A stretch of 64,000 bases of DNA from the NCBI GenBank assembly GCA_964016885.1, contig OZ024745.1:54064001-54128000 (forward strand), in the 5' to 3' direction. The notes under the pieces are model-generated. The model did no database searches. It was not told where the DNA came from and saw nothing but the letters and a program-made list of their open reading frames with translations. Both the position numbers and the translations under genes were made by a program. Positions 26,859 through 42,111 of the stretch are shown piece after piece (positions within the stretch are counted from its first letter, which is position 1; each line of letters opens with the position of its first letter). This DNA comes from Eledone cirrhosa. Taxonomy: Eukaryota.

Positions 26859-29241
26859 AGTTGGTTTTTACCCGTAAAATCTCTGTCCAGCGATTCTTTC
26901 CTGAGACATTTCCTAATAGTATTAATTGAACTGAGGAAGCTCCGATACTATGGACATGTGGTTAGAATATCGTCGGACAAATTTTACATGTAGAACCAAC
27001 CGACAGGAGACGCAGGGGTAGACCCAGAGACAAGAGATTTTATCTGAATCTTTGCAGTAGAGTAGTATGCTGATCTTTCTTTGGTTACTACGAGATTTGT
27101 GTTCCAGTTGTTCGACTATCGGAACCACCTGCTCATGAAATTTACAAATTTCTCAGGCAGATTCCGCGTGACAGCCTGACAAAACTGACTATAGCTACAA
27201 CTCTATTTTGGCCTCTGCGTAGACTAGAGCAACGGGAAATAAAATATCTTGCCGAAGGCCACAGCGTACCAAAGGGAATCGAACTCATGATGTTACGATC
27301 GTGAGACGAACACTCTGACCCCAACACCAAGTGCCTTCTGAACTTTAGTAGAGTATACTCTACTAAAGGCACACAAGAACAAGGTTAAATAGCCATTTTA
27401 ACACATGGTTGTTTAGCTAGCGGTCAGTCTGGGCAGTCATATGATTAAATGTTTCTCTTTTCATGATGGTAGCATGTGATTTGAGTGATAGTAGTTGTGA
27501 TGGTAGTGGAAATGATGGTGATAGTGATGGTGATGGTAAAGTTGATGGTTATATTGATAGTAGACGTGATGGTTGTGGGGGTATTTGCGATGGTGGTATT
27601 AGTGGCGGTGTTGCTTACGGTGATGGTAGTTGTGATGTTTGTTATGATCAAGCAGACCTCAGATAAAAGACATTCCAACTATGAACGTCCCGTTTATTTA
27701 AAGATATCCAAGATGACCGTAGTAAATTGACAATCATTAGAACGTCCGATATTATTTCCAGCTTTCTGTGTTCAGAGTTCAAATCTCGCCGACCTCAAGT
27801 TTCCTTAATCCTTACCTATTCGATAAATAAAGTACAACACGTGAGCCGATTCTTCTCTATCTTTTTTTTTATCTCCTTCTCTCTCCCTCTCTTTCTTTCT
27901 TTCATCCACCTTTCCCTCTCTTACTGTCATGTTTTATCTAGTTCTCCTTCATTTGTACATGTAGTAATTCTATACCTTAGCCATGTCACATTGTGTTGCA
28001 CTGATTTGTCTTGAGAATTGCCTTAGCGGTATAGGTACCTGTGGGATACTCGGGTACTTAAACATTAATATGTCGAGTAGGAATTTAGTTAGTCGAGTTT
28101 GCTTATTTATGGTGGAAACTGACAAAGAATCCGTAACCACTGCAAGTAGTGTCCCTCTCTTTTTGGAAGCTTTTAGAGATTTGGGTGTTGTTTCTAGCTG
28201 GTTTATAGCGTAGACACACTTCTCTCGTGGTCTTTTTTATTATTTACTTTTTAAATCAGATGTGATAGTGGTGGTGGTTATGATGATGGTGATTATAGTG
28301 ATGATTGTGATGATGATAATGATGGAGATGATGGAAGATATGGTGATGATGGTGATGATGGTGATGATGATAATGATAGTGGTGGAGGTGATAGGGGTGG
28401 TGGTGATAATGATGTCGGTTTCGGCAGATCTGCAACAATATTTTTCCTCCTGACACTATTGATGTAACAACTGTGGCAATTGCTAATGCATTTGATGCTG
28501 CAGAAAAATAAACAAACAAAAAATATATAAAGTGGGTGCAGTTGCAGACAACAATAGTTACACCACTATATACAATTAACACCCTCACTGGTAACACCAC
28601 AAACTACACCACACCCGCCACTCTATTAACAACGTCCCTCCCATCAACAACAGCAGCAGCAGCAGCAACAACATCAATGAGAAGAAAAAAAAACAAGTGT
28701 TAGGATAATAGTGCCAACCACTACCACCACCACCACCACCACCCACCATCATCATCATCAGCACCACCGCCAACACCATTGCTGCCGCCACAAATCCCCT
28801 CTCCCATCGCCACCACTAACATGACTACCTCTATTACAAGCAACACCACAACTATTTCTAACACACCCACCACTACAACCACCACTATAACCAAGAAAAA
28901 AACATCAGCACCACAACCGCCACCACCTCACATACAATAATAATAGTGGCAATAATACAAACTTAGTATTGGAATCATTTTGGCACCCACCACTCCCGCA
29001 ATCACAAACACAACCACAACCACAACCACAACCACATCCACATCCATATCCATATCTACCATTACAGCTACCATAACAAGCGATACCTGGCCTCGATGTG
29101 GACCCTGGATGTAAAAAAAAACCTCCCCAAAACGACGGGATATTCACTGATGAAATGTCTGATTATTTGCTCTGTGTGATCACATTTGACCTAGGATTAA
29201 ACAACAAAATTAACAACAGAAACTGCTCCACCCCCCTCCTC

Positions 29242-29578
<337 letters not shown>

Positions 29579-29862
29579 AGACACAGAGTCTCTACCGAAA
29601 TTATCACCGCCATCCTCTCTAATATCAACCCTAGTGAAACCCTCACTGTTAACAACATGTCTGCTACTACTATTACTACGATTGCCATCACCATCCAACC
29701 ATAACAACCAACACTATTACCACAAAAACCAACAACACCACTGCGTCGATCACCATAATTGCTATAGTTGTTACATCAATAGTGTCAGAAGCAAATATTG
29801 TAGCAGATCTATAGAAACTAAGACCACCACCATCATTGCCATTATAGCCCCCCCCCCCCCCC

Positions 29863-29894
<32 letters not shown>

Positions 29895-30562
29895 GCTGCA
29901 GCAGTACCTTCCTTCATCTTCGTCACCACGAACAACACAACCAGCACTAAGCCAATAAACGAAGCCTTAATAATGTTGTTCAACACGCAAGAAATAGAAA
30001 CCACATCTCACTCAAATTATACCCTTCCTGCTGTCTTAAAAAGAACACACTAGAAAATATGAGTCGATATGTACTAAATACGAGAGGATGGTCATGGCTG
30101 GAACATATTTGATCATTGATCTTCTCGGTCAGAGCTGGCTTAGTGTTAAACAACAACAAGTAAACATTTGAGCCAATGGTAAAGCTTCTATGTAAACGAT
30201 TTCAGTACAAAAAGTAGCTGCTAAAATCTCCCTCAAATCACATCCTTAGAAATGGATACATCGGATAATGTATTCTAGAAACAGAACATGGATTTGTTGT
30301 AACTTGAAAGTTTTTACTCCTAGATCGACTCAGCCGGGTGAAACCCCAAAGACAAGCAAGAATCACAACAGCTACAAAAAGCAAAATGAGGCAGCAATGG
30401 AGTCAGAAGATGGTCACCCAACTATGTAGAAATAACAGCCATGTCTCCTCTTTATCACACAACATGATCTTAAAACAGAAAATATTAGATAATGCATTGT
30501 GCTCGAATCAAACGACTGGATGACAATGGACTGATTGCTCTTGATAAAAAAGTTTTGTTTAA

Positions 30563-30563
30563 T

Positions 30564-30619
<56 letters not shown>

Positions 30620-30629
30620 GCCGCCCCCG

Positions 30630-30676
<47 letters not shown>

Positions 30677-30704
30677 GCCGCCTCTGCCACTACTGCCACT
30701 ACTG

Positions 30705-30747
<43 letters not shown>

Positions 30748-30751
30748 CGCC

Positions 30752-30822
<71 letters not shown>

Positions 30823-30860
30823 CACGACCACCACCACCACTACCACCACCATCACTAACA
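30563..30860. repeat. (CTA)n/(CCA)n microsatellite
   Basis: Directly visible. Confidence 0.95.
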
Positions 30861-31440
30861 CCATGACTGATTTTTGACTGACCGAATTTGAACTCATAAT
30901 GTAAAGGGCCGTAACTATTTGACTATATGCCGGTTCTTTATCTGCTAGAAATAGCAGTCAAACAATCCTCATTTATATCAGTCTTAAAAAGGAAGGTCAC
31001 ATTATATAGTGTAGACCGTGATACATAATGTTTGAAAAAAAGGACGAGATGGACAAAACTAGAATGTATTTGATCATATATCTGTTTAATCAGATCTGAC
31101 CAAGCGCTAATTAACAATAATAACTAAAAAAGAACAAAACAAAAGACAAATTACGTAACACTACTAACACCTCTCGGGTGGTGGATGGCAGGATTATTAG
31201 GGCGGAGTTCAACAAATAAATACTCTGCCTGTATTGTTCACTCTTTGGGAGTTCTGAGTTTCAATTCAAACTTATTCTTTCATTCTACTGGGGTCAATAT
31301 ATAAGGTATCAATTAATTCTTTATTCTCTCATTCTTTCTCTCTCTCTCCCTTCTCTCACTTTATTCCTCTCTTTTTCTCTCCCAACATCACCTACGTTTT
31401 TCTGTGAGTGGGTCACAGGAAACAACCCATCTGAATCCCC

Positions 31441-31804
31441 GGGGATTAGTAGCAGTATCGGTAGAAGGTCGGGCGCCATGCTTTGCAGTATAAAGTTACG
31501 CCCTTTTATAGCCTGAGTTCAAATCCCGGTGAGGTACACTTTGCCTTTCATCCTTACGGGGACGATAAAATAAAGAACCAATAATTGTTTCTACTTTAGG
31601 CACAAGGCCAGCAATTACCCAGTGCATTACTGGTACTTTATTTTATCGACCCCGTAAGGATGAAAGGCAAAGTCAACCTCGGCGGGATTTGAACTCAGAT
31701 TGTAAAGGGACGTAACTATGCTGGAAAGCATGGCGTCCGACCCTCTACCGAACCAATAATGTACTGGAAAAATTGCTGGCCTTGTGCCAAAAGTAGAAAC
31801 AATT
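31441..31804. mobile_element. Nested family A SINEs: minus copy (31586-31749) inserted in a plus copy
   Basis: Target-site duplication GAACCAATAAT at 31575-31585 and 31750-31760; host SINE resumes after it. Confidence 0.85.
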
Positions 31805-32517
31805 ATTCCAGTAATGATAAAGGTTTGAACACGAGGAGAACATCCTATTTCTTATCCAGCATGTTACAAAGGCTGTCCTGAGCTAATAGAGAGCATGGAG
31901 TGGGTGGACGGCTCAAAGTGTAGTACAGAATGGCTAAATGAAAAAAAAGCAACAACAACAAACAAAACAAAACAAAACAAAACAAAACAAAACAAATAAA
32001 ACAAAACAAAGCAAAAATGCAACATTACTTGTTATCATCATTAATAGTCACTCACAGAACAGCAATAGCAACAGCTACGCCGCCACCATCATCACACCAC
32101 ACACCCACTAAAAAAACCACAACCACCAGTATTGCCACTGTCTTCTCTAAAACAAGCAACTGGGAGTATAGTCGATTTTTGATAGAAGCATGTGAGTTTA
32201 TTGATTAATAATAATAAATCAATCGTTAATTAAATAATTAGTGACTACTTTCATATTTTAGTTAAAATTATTATTAGTATCATTATTGTTATTATTATTA
32301 TTATCTTTTCTGGCCTCTGACCCTTTTTTTCAAGGAACCTCTTCTCTGACCTCCACCTCTCAGCCTTAATATACACACTACATAGCACTAACATTGGTAC
32401 AACTTCTATTATTCTTACTAAATCTCTTTGACCAGTTCATTAACCTCTAATCTCCACAACAGCAATTTTCAGCCTTTTTCAATCCTCGGTACATAGAATA
32501 AGGCGCTAAAAGTGTTT

Positions 32518-32618
<101 letters not shown>

Positions 32619-32660
32619 CACAGACACATATATATTTATATATATATATATATATATATA

Positions 32661-32919
<259 letters not shown>

Positions 32920-34469
32920 CGATTCTGGAACTAGCTATTGAAACGGCAAGAACTAAGCCGCCAGGGTCCTCATGCATATATATATAATATATTTGTGTGT
33001 GTGTAGTGGTACATATTTTGTGAGTAATCAATTAAATTTGTACGTTAATAAATATTTCTGAAATTGGCACAAGGCCACAGCAATTTTTCGGACAGGACAA
33101 GGCAAAAATCGATTAAATCGAACCCAGTGATTGACCGAGTTTTCTGTTGACATATACAGGTTGTGGATCGAGAATATAAAGAGATGTAACTAATTTTATA
33201 TTGATTTTTGACATAGGCACAAAATCTCAATATTTTGTGAAGGAAAGACAGAAAAAAATACGGTCAATACTTGTAATCGCGTATAACTTGATACCAGCTT
33301 GTATCATGTTTTTGCTAATAGTTTTATGTTGGCAAATCTACTCTTACCTACCAAACTATCAAGGATGTGGCAGTTAGAAGGAAAAAGGGCTGCACGAGTA
33401 TTGGGATGTTATTACCATTATATACCTCCATGACACGATAAAGGACAATATTGTCCTGGACAAAATTTTATCTCAACTCGTAATCGCGCATAAAAAAAAA
33501 GATAGTTTCTCGCTCTGTGGATTGAGGCATCGTCGTGGGTGTTAGGAAGCTTCACAATTAAGGAGACCTGTCTTCAATCCCACTGTGTAGTATCTTAGGA
33601 AAAGTGTTTTATTTTTAATGTAGCTTTAGACCAAAGTCTCGTGACTAAAAGTGGGCAGGTGAAAAATGTAAAATCCCGCCAGATGGATTATACCTGTAAT
33701 TCAAAGATCCTATTTAGTTCTATAATGTACCAGGCTAATACTGCATGATGTTTTCATTAGCGGTGCACGTGTCTGTAAAATGCTCAGATACTTATATGTT
33801 TATTTAATGAGTAGGTGGTCTATGAACAACTGAATGCTTACCATCGGAATCGATCTACCTATTTTACTTAATATCCAAAAGTATTTCATCAACAGCATTC
33901 CATATTCATCTTTGTTTATTAACAGACTTGGTATTTTTATAGACGAAGTACTTGGCGGTATATAATTTATTTTATTTATTAACTAGAAATAATTCTAAAG
34001 TGCCAACGTTCTGGGATATAAGAGCTAGTCGTATTGATTTGTGTGATGCTTGGGAAGTTGGACAAAACATGGGTGGTAAAAGGAGAGACAAGATAGTTAT
34101 GAGTCTGTGTGGTGAGGCACGAGATAAGCCAGCTGCGAGGAGCAATGACCATTGAAGTAGTGAGTAAAAAGGCAGAGAGAGAGAGAGGTAGAGAGAGAGA
34201 GAGAGAACGTAAAGCATGTCAAAGAGCTAGAGATTGAAGGGTGACAGTGAAATACTTCATGTCATAAAATCGGATGGTCTTTCTGCCTATGTACTCACGG
34301 AATTTAAGTCTAAGTGGCTGAGTAATCTACAGACATCTGTATGCAACAGAATTAGTGCGATACAAGTGGTAAAGCTGGTCATTTGAATACAATGCAATCC
34401 ACCCAATAGGATTCCACTTAATTTCAGTCAACCTTATTTCACAAACAAGTTATATATTGATCAGAAGAC

Positions 34470-35129
34470 ACGTTAAAAGACACTTGTTATGATCCAGAGG
34501 CCAAGAGACAAAGTGCCCATGCCCAGTGGAAACATTCTGACTCTCCAAAATCCAAGAAAGCCAGGCAAAGCAGGTCCACTGGGAAGCTCATGATGATCCC
34601 ATTCATCGACAGTAAGGGCATGATCTACATCCACTGGGTCCCACATGGCCAGACAATCAAGAAATGGTACTATGTAGAGATTATGAGGCAGTATGAAAAG
34701 AGATTTCGTCGCAAGAGACCAGAACTCTTCAAGTCTGGTCAGCGGCACCTGCACCAGGACAATGACCCTGCCACAAATCCATCGTGGTGATCAACTACTT
34801 GGCCAATATGGGAATCAAGACTGTCCCTCATCCTCCTTACAGCCAGACATAGCCCTATGTGACTTCTGGATGTTACAGAAGCTGAAGGAGCAGCTCATGG
34901 GTATCCGCTTTGAGGATATGGAGGAGATGAAGGAGACTGTGACAAGTGGTATGGACACTTTGATTTTTGAGGATAACAAGGGGGCCTTCCAAAAGTGACT
35001 GGAGCTCTACAACAAGTGCATTAAAATTGGAAGATTCTACTTTGAGGGAGACTAGAGTTTTGTGTTGATCTGAGTTAAATAAACGTGTCTCTGATAAAGG
35101 TCTCAAAATCTTTTTAGTGTACCTCGTAT
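34470..35129 (+). mobile_element. Mariner transposon relic (3' half with putative right TIR)
   Basis: GMIYIHWVPHGQTI..YY, HLHQDN, PHPPYS, DIALCDFW..KLK motifs across frameshifts; ends TTTTTAGTGTACCTCGTA. Confidence 0.88.
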
Positions 35130-35204
35130 ATCTAGAAAATAGGAAATTGTAGGAGTCGTTATATCGTCGGATAGAATGTTTTGTGGCAGAAATATAGTTC
35201 ATTT

Positions 35205-35265
35205 CCTCCTCCTCCCCCTCCTCCTCCTCCCACCACCACCACCATCACCACCACCACCACCGCCG

Positions 35266-35346
<81 letters not shown>

Positions 35347-35418
35347 TTGCGTCTGCTGCTGTTGTTGCTGTTGATGATGATGATGATAATGATGATGATG
35401 ATGGTGATGATTATGATT

Positions 35419-35464
<46 letters not shown>

Positions 35465-35510
35465 GGAGGAGGAGGAGGAGGAGGAGGAGGAGGATAATGA
35501 TGAAGGTGAT
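35205..35510. repeat. Compound (CCT)(CCA)(CTA)(GAT)(GAG) trinucleotide repeats
   Basis: Directly visible. Confidence 0.95.
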
Positions 35511-35858
35511 GCTAAAGAAGCCACCGCCGCCGGATAGAATGTTTCGCAGCATAATAAATATTAAACCAGGGTTGGAAAAGCATTGGACAAGATGCCTTGA
35601 GGTATCTGTTCCAGCTCTTTGTGCTTTAAATTCAAAATCCATCTCTTATCACTTGTGTCTTGGTGGCAAAAAGGAAGCTTATGTTGCACTGACACAGAAT
35701 TAATGGTAAGATAAAAAAATGAAAATAAAAAAATATATAGTATCTTGTGCACATCATATAACACGCACCTCGCATGTAGTTGTTTCATCCCCACTTTAGC
35801 CCTGATCGAGCACACTTATTGTCAAAGGTAATCCAGTCTTCCAGGAATATTTTTCATT

Positions 35859-36043
35859 ATAATTGTTTCTACTTTTGGCACAAAGTCAGCAATTACCCAG
35901 TACATTACTGGTCCTTTATTTTATCGACCCCGTAAGGATGAAAGGCAAAGTTAACCTCGACGGGATTTGAACTCAGACCGTAAAGGGACGTAACTATGCT
36001 GGAATGCATGACGTCCGACCCTCCACCGATACTTCCAATTCAC
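35859..36043 (-). mobile_element. SINE family A
   Basis: Full-length match to the other copies. Confidence 0.88.
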
Positions 36044-36169
36044 ATCTGCGACAGCATGATCAAAAGTACCCTTGCCTTTTCTGAGAGTAGAGTGTGATTT
36101 CTTTAGATCTGGCTGCTACTTCTAGCATATCTATGGAAGCATAAATTTTCTTTTTCCGGTGGCTTGAAG

Positions 36170-36520
36170 ACTTGAATCCTATATAAGAGATTAGTGGTCG
36201 TAAGCCCTTTTTTTCATTTAATTGAGAATATCTTTCGAAGAATCTCGGTATTTCTAAGGAGCTCTATTTTCAGAAATTTACATCTGAAGAGTTTATCTGA
36301 CAGCCTTCAGATCTCTACATAGTATCAGGTTCTACTTTTTTTCAATGTGCTCCATTCTTCTGTTCACATTGAAAATGTTCGATATTTCTATTTCTTGGTC
36401 GTTATAATTGATGGAATTTGCGAACTATTTTTCTGAGATGTTATAGTCTTTTAACTCCTTTGATATCAACACTCCTGAGACCATCATTAGTTATATGATA
36501 CAAAACTATCCATTTGTGTT
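36170..36520 (-). mobile_element. Possible R4/Dong LINE 3' end relic
   Basis: Minus KIELLRNTEILRKIF resembles the K.ALLGTARILRKVL terminus of Dong-like elements; very decayed. Confidence 0.4.
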
Positions 36521-39500
36521 TTCATATTGAAATTTTAACATTTAATCATAATTTTAATTAAGAAATGCATGTCAGTTATTTTCTTTTTTGATCTAAAATG
36601 TTTTATTTTATGAATAATATTAAATTAAGAAAATGTTTCATGATACCGGCTATTAATTTGGAGATTACTAAAAAATCAAGTCCACACCGCGGAGCTTGTT
36701 CTTGTGAATTGTTCATTTTCCGATCTAACTGGGTAGGGAGGTGTCTCAGGGGTGCCGAACGCAAATGATCTCATTGCAATATGTTCGATAAGAAATCTAT
36801 TCGAGAATGGTCGGCACTTTCTCAGCTTGCGATCCTTAGTCTGTCAGGTGATAATGCCTATGCCTGATTTCAGCAGGTTGTCGCTGTAGAATGTATCATT
36901 GCAGGTCGCACCCTAAATTATAGACTTACCTTATGAGAGGGGAAAGGTTGCAATGCCTTCTAATCGGTGTGACGGGAAACCGACAACACTTAAACAACGT
37001 TTAGTGATATCTTTCAGGTGGAGGGCAACGCAAGCTTTATAGTGAAAACTGCATTTCGCTAAATCCTTTCAAATACTTGATGTTAAAAATTAATTTCAGC
37101 ACAATGGACAATGCATTTCATTACTTATATAGTCACAAGTGGCTTCATTTATACTGGCCATGTTTTATTTGATAGTGATATGAATATTTCAACACTTTAG
37201 GTCTGTTTTATTCTTGTTGTTATGGTTGTTAAAGCAGTTGTTTTCTTATACATATAGGTATCATTTAGGCGTAGGCATGTCCATGATGTTAAGAAGATCG
37301 GTTCGTAATCACATGGTTTCGCTTTCGATACATCTGCCCAGTATAATTTGCAATTGTCTCAAGCCGTAGCATGGTGTTAATCAAACCCTTTGAAGTAAAA
37401 TTTGATAGACGGAAACGTATGGTATTATTCTGTTTTAACTACCCGCCTTTCTACCAGGCCGACTTTACTTTCTTTTTGTTGTGCTCGATAAAATAATTAA
37501 TAGACAAAATACTGAAACAGAAACATTCACATAAAATAGTTGGAGCCCCAACATGGCCGCAGTGAAATAGCAGACCAATAAAAGAATAAAATAATAAAAT
37601 CACCAGAACCTTCAATATATTGAACCTGAGTCAATAAAACAAGTATCAGTATCAATAGTCGACTGTTAATCGACTTTTCCGAATACATGGCTTCAAAGCA
37701 ATCCTACATCATAGTAAGTAGTCGTCCATATCTCATTGTACTATTAGTAGCAATATTTATTTGTACTACTTACGGTACTATACATTTATGGTACTGTACT
37801 GGAGGTTAGAAGAAATCTGTTACATCGACACGAAGAACAAGAAAAGCATTAAACATTATACTAACAGCTTCCATCTCATCTGTGATAACGTCTGAATCTA
37901 TTTTAAACAACAGAAGCAGGGTGGCCAAAGCATGAGATCAATCAGGTCAGCCTTTGAGTCACAAATCGATTCAGTCAAGCAAAGAAAAAAAAAGAAAGAA
38001 AAAAAGAAAAAGAAACCTGAAATCGATTCATTCAAGCAAAGAAAGAGAGAAATATATAACAGAAATAAATTTACTTCATACCGCTATTGATAAATAGGAA
38101 TAACAATAGACGTCAGCGTAAATAAAAGGAGAGTCGATATATTACATACTCGAGATAACAGACACATATATACATGTAAAATATATGCATTTACATGCAT
38201 AAATGCACATACAATTGCTTAAGTTTCTGAATTAGATTTTCTCTTGCGTTGCCCATTATTTCTTTCGCATTTATCTAATTGAAACAACTGCCAACTATTT
38301 AAGATATGATGTTCCATTCATGCGTCGGTTCTTGCAAACTGGCAGAATCGTTAGAGTTGTCGGATAAAATGTCTTGCAGTATTTACTTTGGTACTCTGTG
38401 ATCTGAGTTCAAATTTCGCAGAGGTAAACTTTGTCTTTCATACATTCTGGGCCATAAATGACGTACAAGCCTAGTGCGGTTGATTGACGGAATTACTAAA
38501 TGGTCGAATGGGATGCAATAACGTATCTGTTCTGTCTCCTGGAATTCTGAAAGCAACCCCTGTAACATCTCTGGTGACAATTTATCGGCCCTTGCTTTTC
38601 TCTTGGACAACTTTCTATATGGCAACTGGTGCACTTTCATGATAAAACCATGTCCATGTACACATATTAGGTTGAAAAAAAATGACAGATTAATCACAGC
38701 TGTAACGCTATTAATCAAATATATGCTCATTCAGGGCTCATTCCTGGTTAAAAATCCACACAAAATAACAACTAATACAACCATATTGTAATTAAGCCAG
38801 CGAAGATCTACATAGTATTATGACCTGCTAAAATCAACAACTTCAAGTTATGCCCAAGGGCTGATATGGTTAGCTCTCACATATATAATATAAAGAGTTT
38901 AAAAAATTCTGAAAAAAAGAAAAAGTAACTGAGGTTATCAAGGCCGCAAAAGTAACTGAGGTTATCAAGAAGCCGCAAAGTGTGTTAAAAATTTAAGGAT
39001 CTACTCTAATCTGCATCATCATTATTTGTCAAAGATTTCGATTAGATATTATTGGAGCTATTCTCTCCGTGTTTTTCTCAACACTCCTATAAGGAAATTT
39101 CGACTAGATATTGTATGGAAAATCTCTTTAAATGATCAAAATACAATTTGTGTATCTATACGTAGAATACACTGCATACACTTATCCTCAGTTATATCAA
39201 ACAAACCTAGCAAACAAAAGTAGCTAAAAATAGCTACCAAACTGATGATAACGCTGAAAAACTAAAGTTTTACAGGTGTACAGCGATTCTTAGCTACTTT
39301 TTCATGTTGCTGTTTAGACTCATGTCGTCTAAGAACAATTCCATCAATAGTCAAAGTCGTTTCAACCATGACAATATTTTCTTTTTGTAAGGTGATTATT
39401 TTGTATAACTACATTGCCTAATTTTCATTAGAATAGCATTTGACAGAGATTTCAAACATGTAAAGCGACGGCGTAGAGAATGATTCTCTCACTCTGCCGG

Positions 39501-40157
39501 CCCTCTTTTATTTAAGAAGCTTTGTTATTGTGAGGTTGGCAAGGAAGACTAAAGGAAATGCATTGAGAATCTTTAGTCAATAATTAACTACCATATACAT
39601 ATACAGAAGTATTGAAAAGCACACATATATATATATACACACACATTTGGCTTCCAACAGTATAGAGATATAGAAAAAGAAATAATATATACGTATATAT
39701 AAGTATGTATACGTATATACATATATGTATACAGACGTACAGTAGTATGTATATACATATATACATACATGCAGACATATATATATATATATATGACGTA
39801 TGGCTTTACCGAACATTTATTATAATGCTCGGTTTGTTTGTAAATAAACAGCCCGAATTATTAGCCGTACAGTGTTCGGCAACCATCGTTGCCCTTTTGT
39901 TCAACACTGACAAAGGAATGATGAACTAGTTTCTAGCTTATTAGCTGTCATCGGCACCGTATACCTTCCTGTCAGTCGATTGAACGTTTGAAAGTATATA
40001 CTTTCCTTATGCATATTAACGGCTGAGCAGCCTAATTTGCATATCGAGTGAGTTAGTAGGCCGGGTGTACCTAAAACGATAAATGGAAAAAATGAAATTT
40101 CATTTCTCACTCCATATCTCTCTCTTGCTCTCTCACTCTCTCTCACTCTCTCTCCCT

Positions 40158-40302
<145 letters not shown>

Positions 40303-40600
40303 TGAGAGCAAGAGAGAGATATGGAGGGAGATAGATGGATAGAGAGTGGGTGTGAGATGAAAATAGAGGAAGTGGGATATGGAGAAAGTGAGAATAAATA
40401 AGCAGACTTGTAAATGTTTAAATGTCTATTATTTTTACATTATCAACAAGCTTATACATTGATATTCAGTGGTTTGAGAAAATGAACAAAACCAACAGGT
40501 ACATAAGGAAGACAACACATCGTCTACCAAACATTTCTGTAGTTAACAATACAAAATAAATAATACATAGAAACATACAAATACGTACACACAGGCATAC

Positions 40601-40658
<58 letters not shown>

Positions 40659-40950
40659 CTAAATATAAATTCAGCGAGAATCGTATTTCGGCGTGTAGAA
40701 ATAAACAAAACTCAATTTTCGATTTGTGTGGCAAGCGCTCCATGGACCAAAAGAGACCAGAGCAATAAACATATGTTATAAAGGCCATACAAACTGAGAC
40801 GGTGGTTAAGAAGCTATCAACAACCTAAGCCCCCCCCCCCCCCCCAAAAAAAAAACAAAACAAAAAAAAAAACAAAAAAAAAAAACAAAAAAAAAACGAA
40901 GCAAGCTAAACGGGTCAAACAAAAAACGGGTCAAACAAAATATATATATC

Positions 40951-41183
40951 TAGTGGTAGAACACTGGAAGGTAATATCCGTAGTGGTAGAGCACTCAGTC
41001 CATGGGACGAGTTAGGTAGAAGTGGTTACACAACAGTTAATTCACCATACCGAGAACAATTGTTTCACCTTAGCGGATCCTCAGCTCGTAATGGGCATGG
41101 TTATACGGAACAGCTGTTCCGTATAACCATGTCCATTACGATTGTTCTCGGTATGGAGAATTAACTGTTGTGTAACCACTTCT
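40951..41183 (-). mobile_element. Penelope-associated repeat (family 2), palindromic, carrying a hammerhead
   Basis: Inverted repeat centred at 41113/41114; homologous to 32661-32776 and, more distantly, 50160-50310. Confidence 0.8.
41045..41094 (-). ncRNA. Minimal type I hammerhead ribozyme
   Basis: Minus strand: CCAUuaCGAG-CUGAGGA-uCC(GCUAA)GGu-GAAA-C(AAUU)G-UU^CUCGguAUGG; palindromic stem III as in PLE minimal hammerheads. Confidence 0.8.
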
Positions 41184-41955
41184 CTCTCTATATATATTTA
41201 TGTGTATATATATATATATGTATATATATATAATTACGAATAAGAGATCATACATACATTTACAAAAACAGACACACGCACACACATATATGTATGTATA
41301 TATGAGAAATATTATAAATCCGAACGAAACATACATACTCTTACTCATAACTATTCATACATACAGATATAAATACATGCATTAATCATACATATGCATC
41401 TACACTTATGCCTATATACTTTTTGTTTCCCTATGTATGTATGTCACATATTGAATATGGAATTATATATATATATATGTATATACTGAAAATTACAGTC
41501 GCACAGTATGCAAACACACATACTGTCAAACACAATAAAACATTTATATCATCAACAACAACATTAAAAAAAATATAGATTTATATATATATAATTAAAA
41601 AATATATAATAATATACAAAGAAATTGAAAAAAAAAATTAAATTAAAATTTATCAATGTATAAATATTTATCGCTATAAATGTTATTTTTGAAGCAGTAA
41701 ACTTGCTGTTCTTTATTTTACAACAAAACAGTTGGCAGTTGGAAATAAAATCATTACATTACTTCACAATATTTCATTATAAAATATATTTGGCAACCAG
41801 GAATAAAATAAAAAAAAAAAGAAAGTAACACTAAAAAAACTACCGCTGTAGCAAACAAACGTCCCTCCCACTTGTTACAAAGGAAAAAAAAACACGTAAT
41901 AATTATTATTATTTCTTACTTGAAGACAAAATAATAAATTCTGATAACAGCATAA

Positions 41956-42006
<51 letters not shown>

Positions 42007-42111
42007 AATAAATAAAATAAAGTAAATAAATAAATATCTATATTAATATATACATGGATAAATAAAAAATAATAAAAAAAATGTAAAAACCTATACAAAA
42101 ACTGCAATAAT

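Noticed and set aside
26445-26993. 182 aa poly-Asp/Ser ORF and similar poly-L, V, YI, CV ORFs
   Set aside because: Translations of stop-free microsatellites; no coding signal. The short RKLRYYGHV tail is at most an RTE scrap.
38921-38978. 27 bp tandem duplication
   Set aside because: Ordinary local duplication with no further structure.
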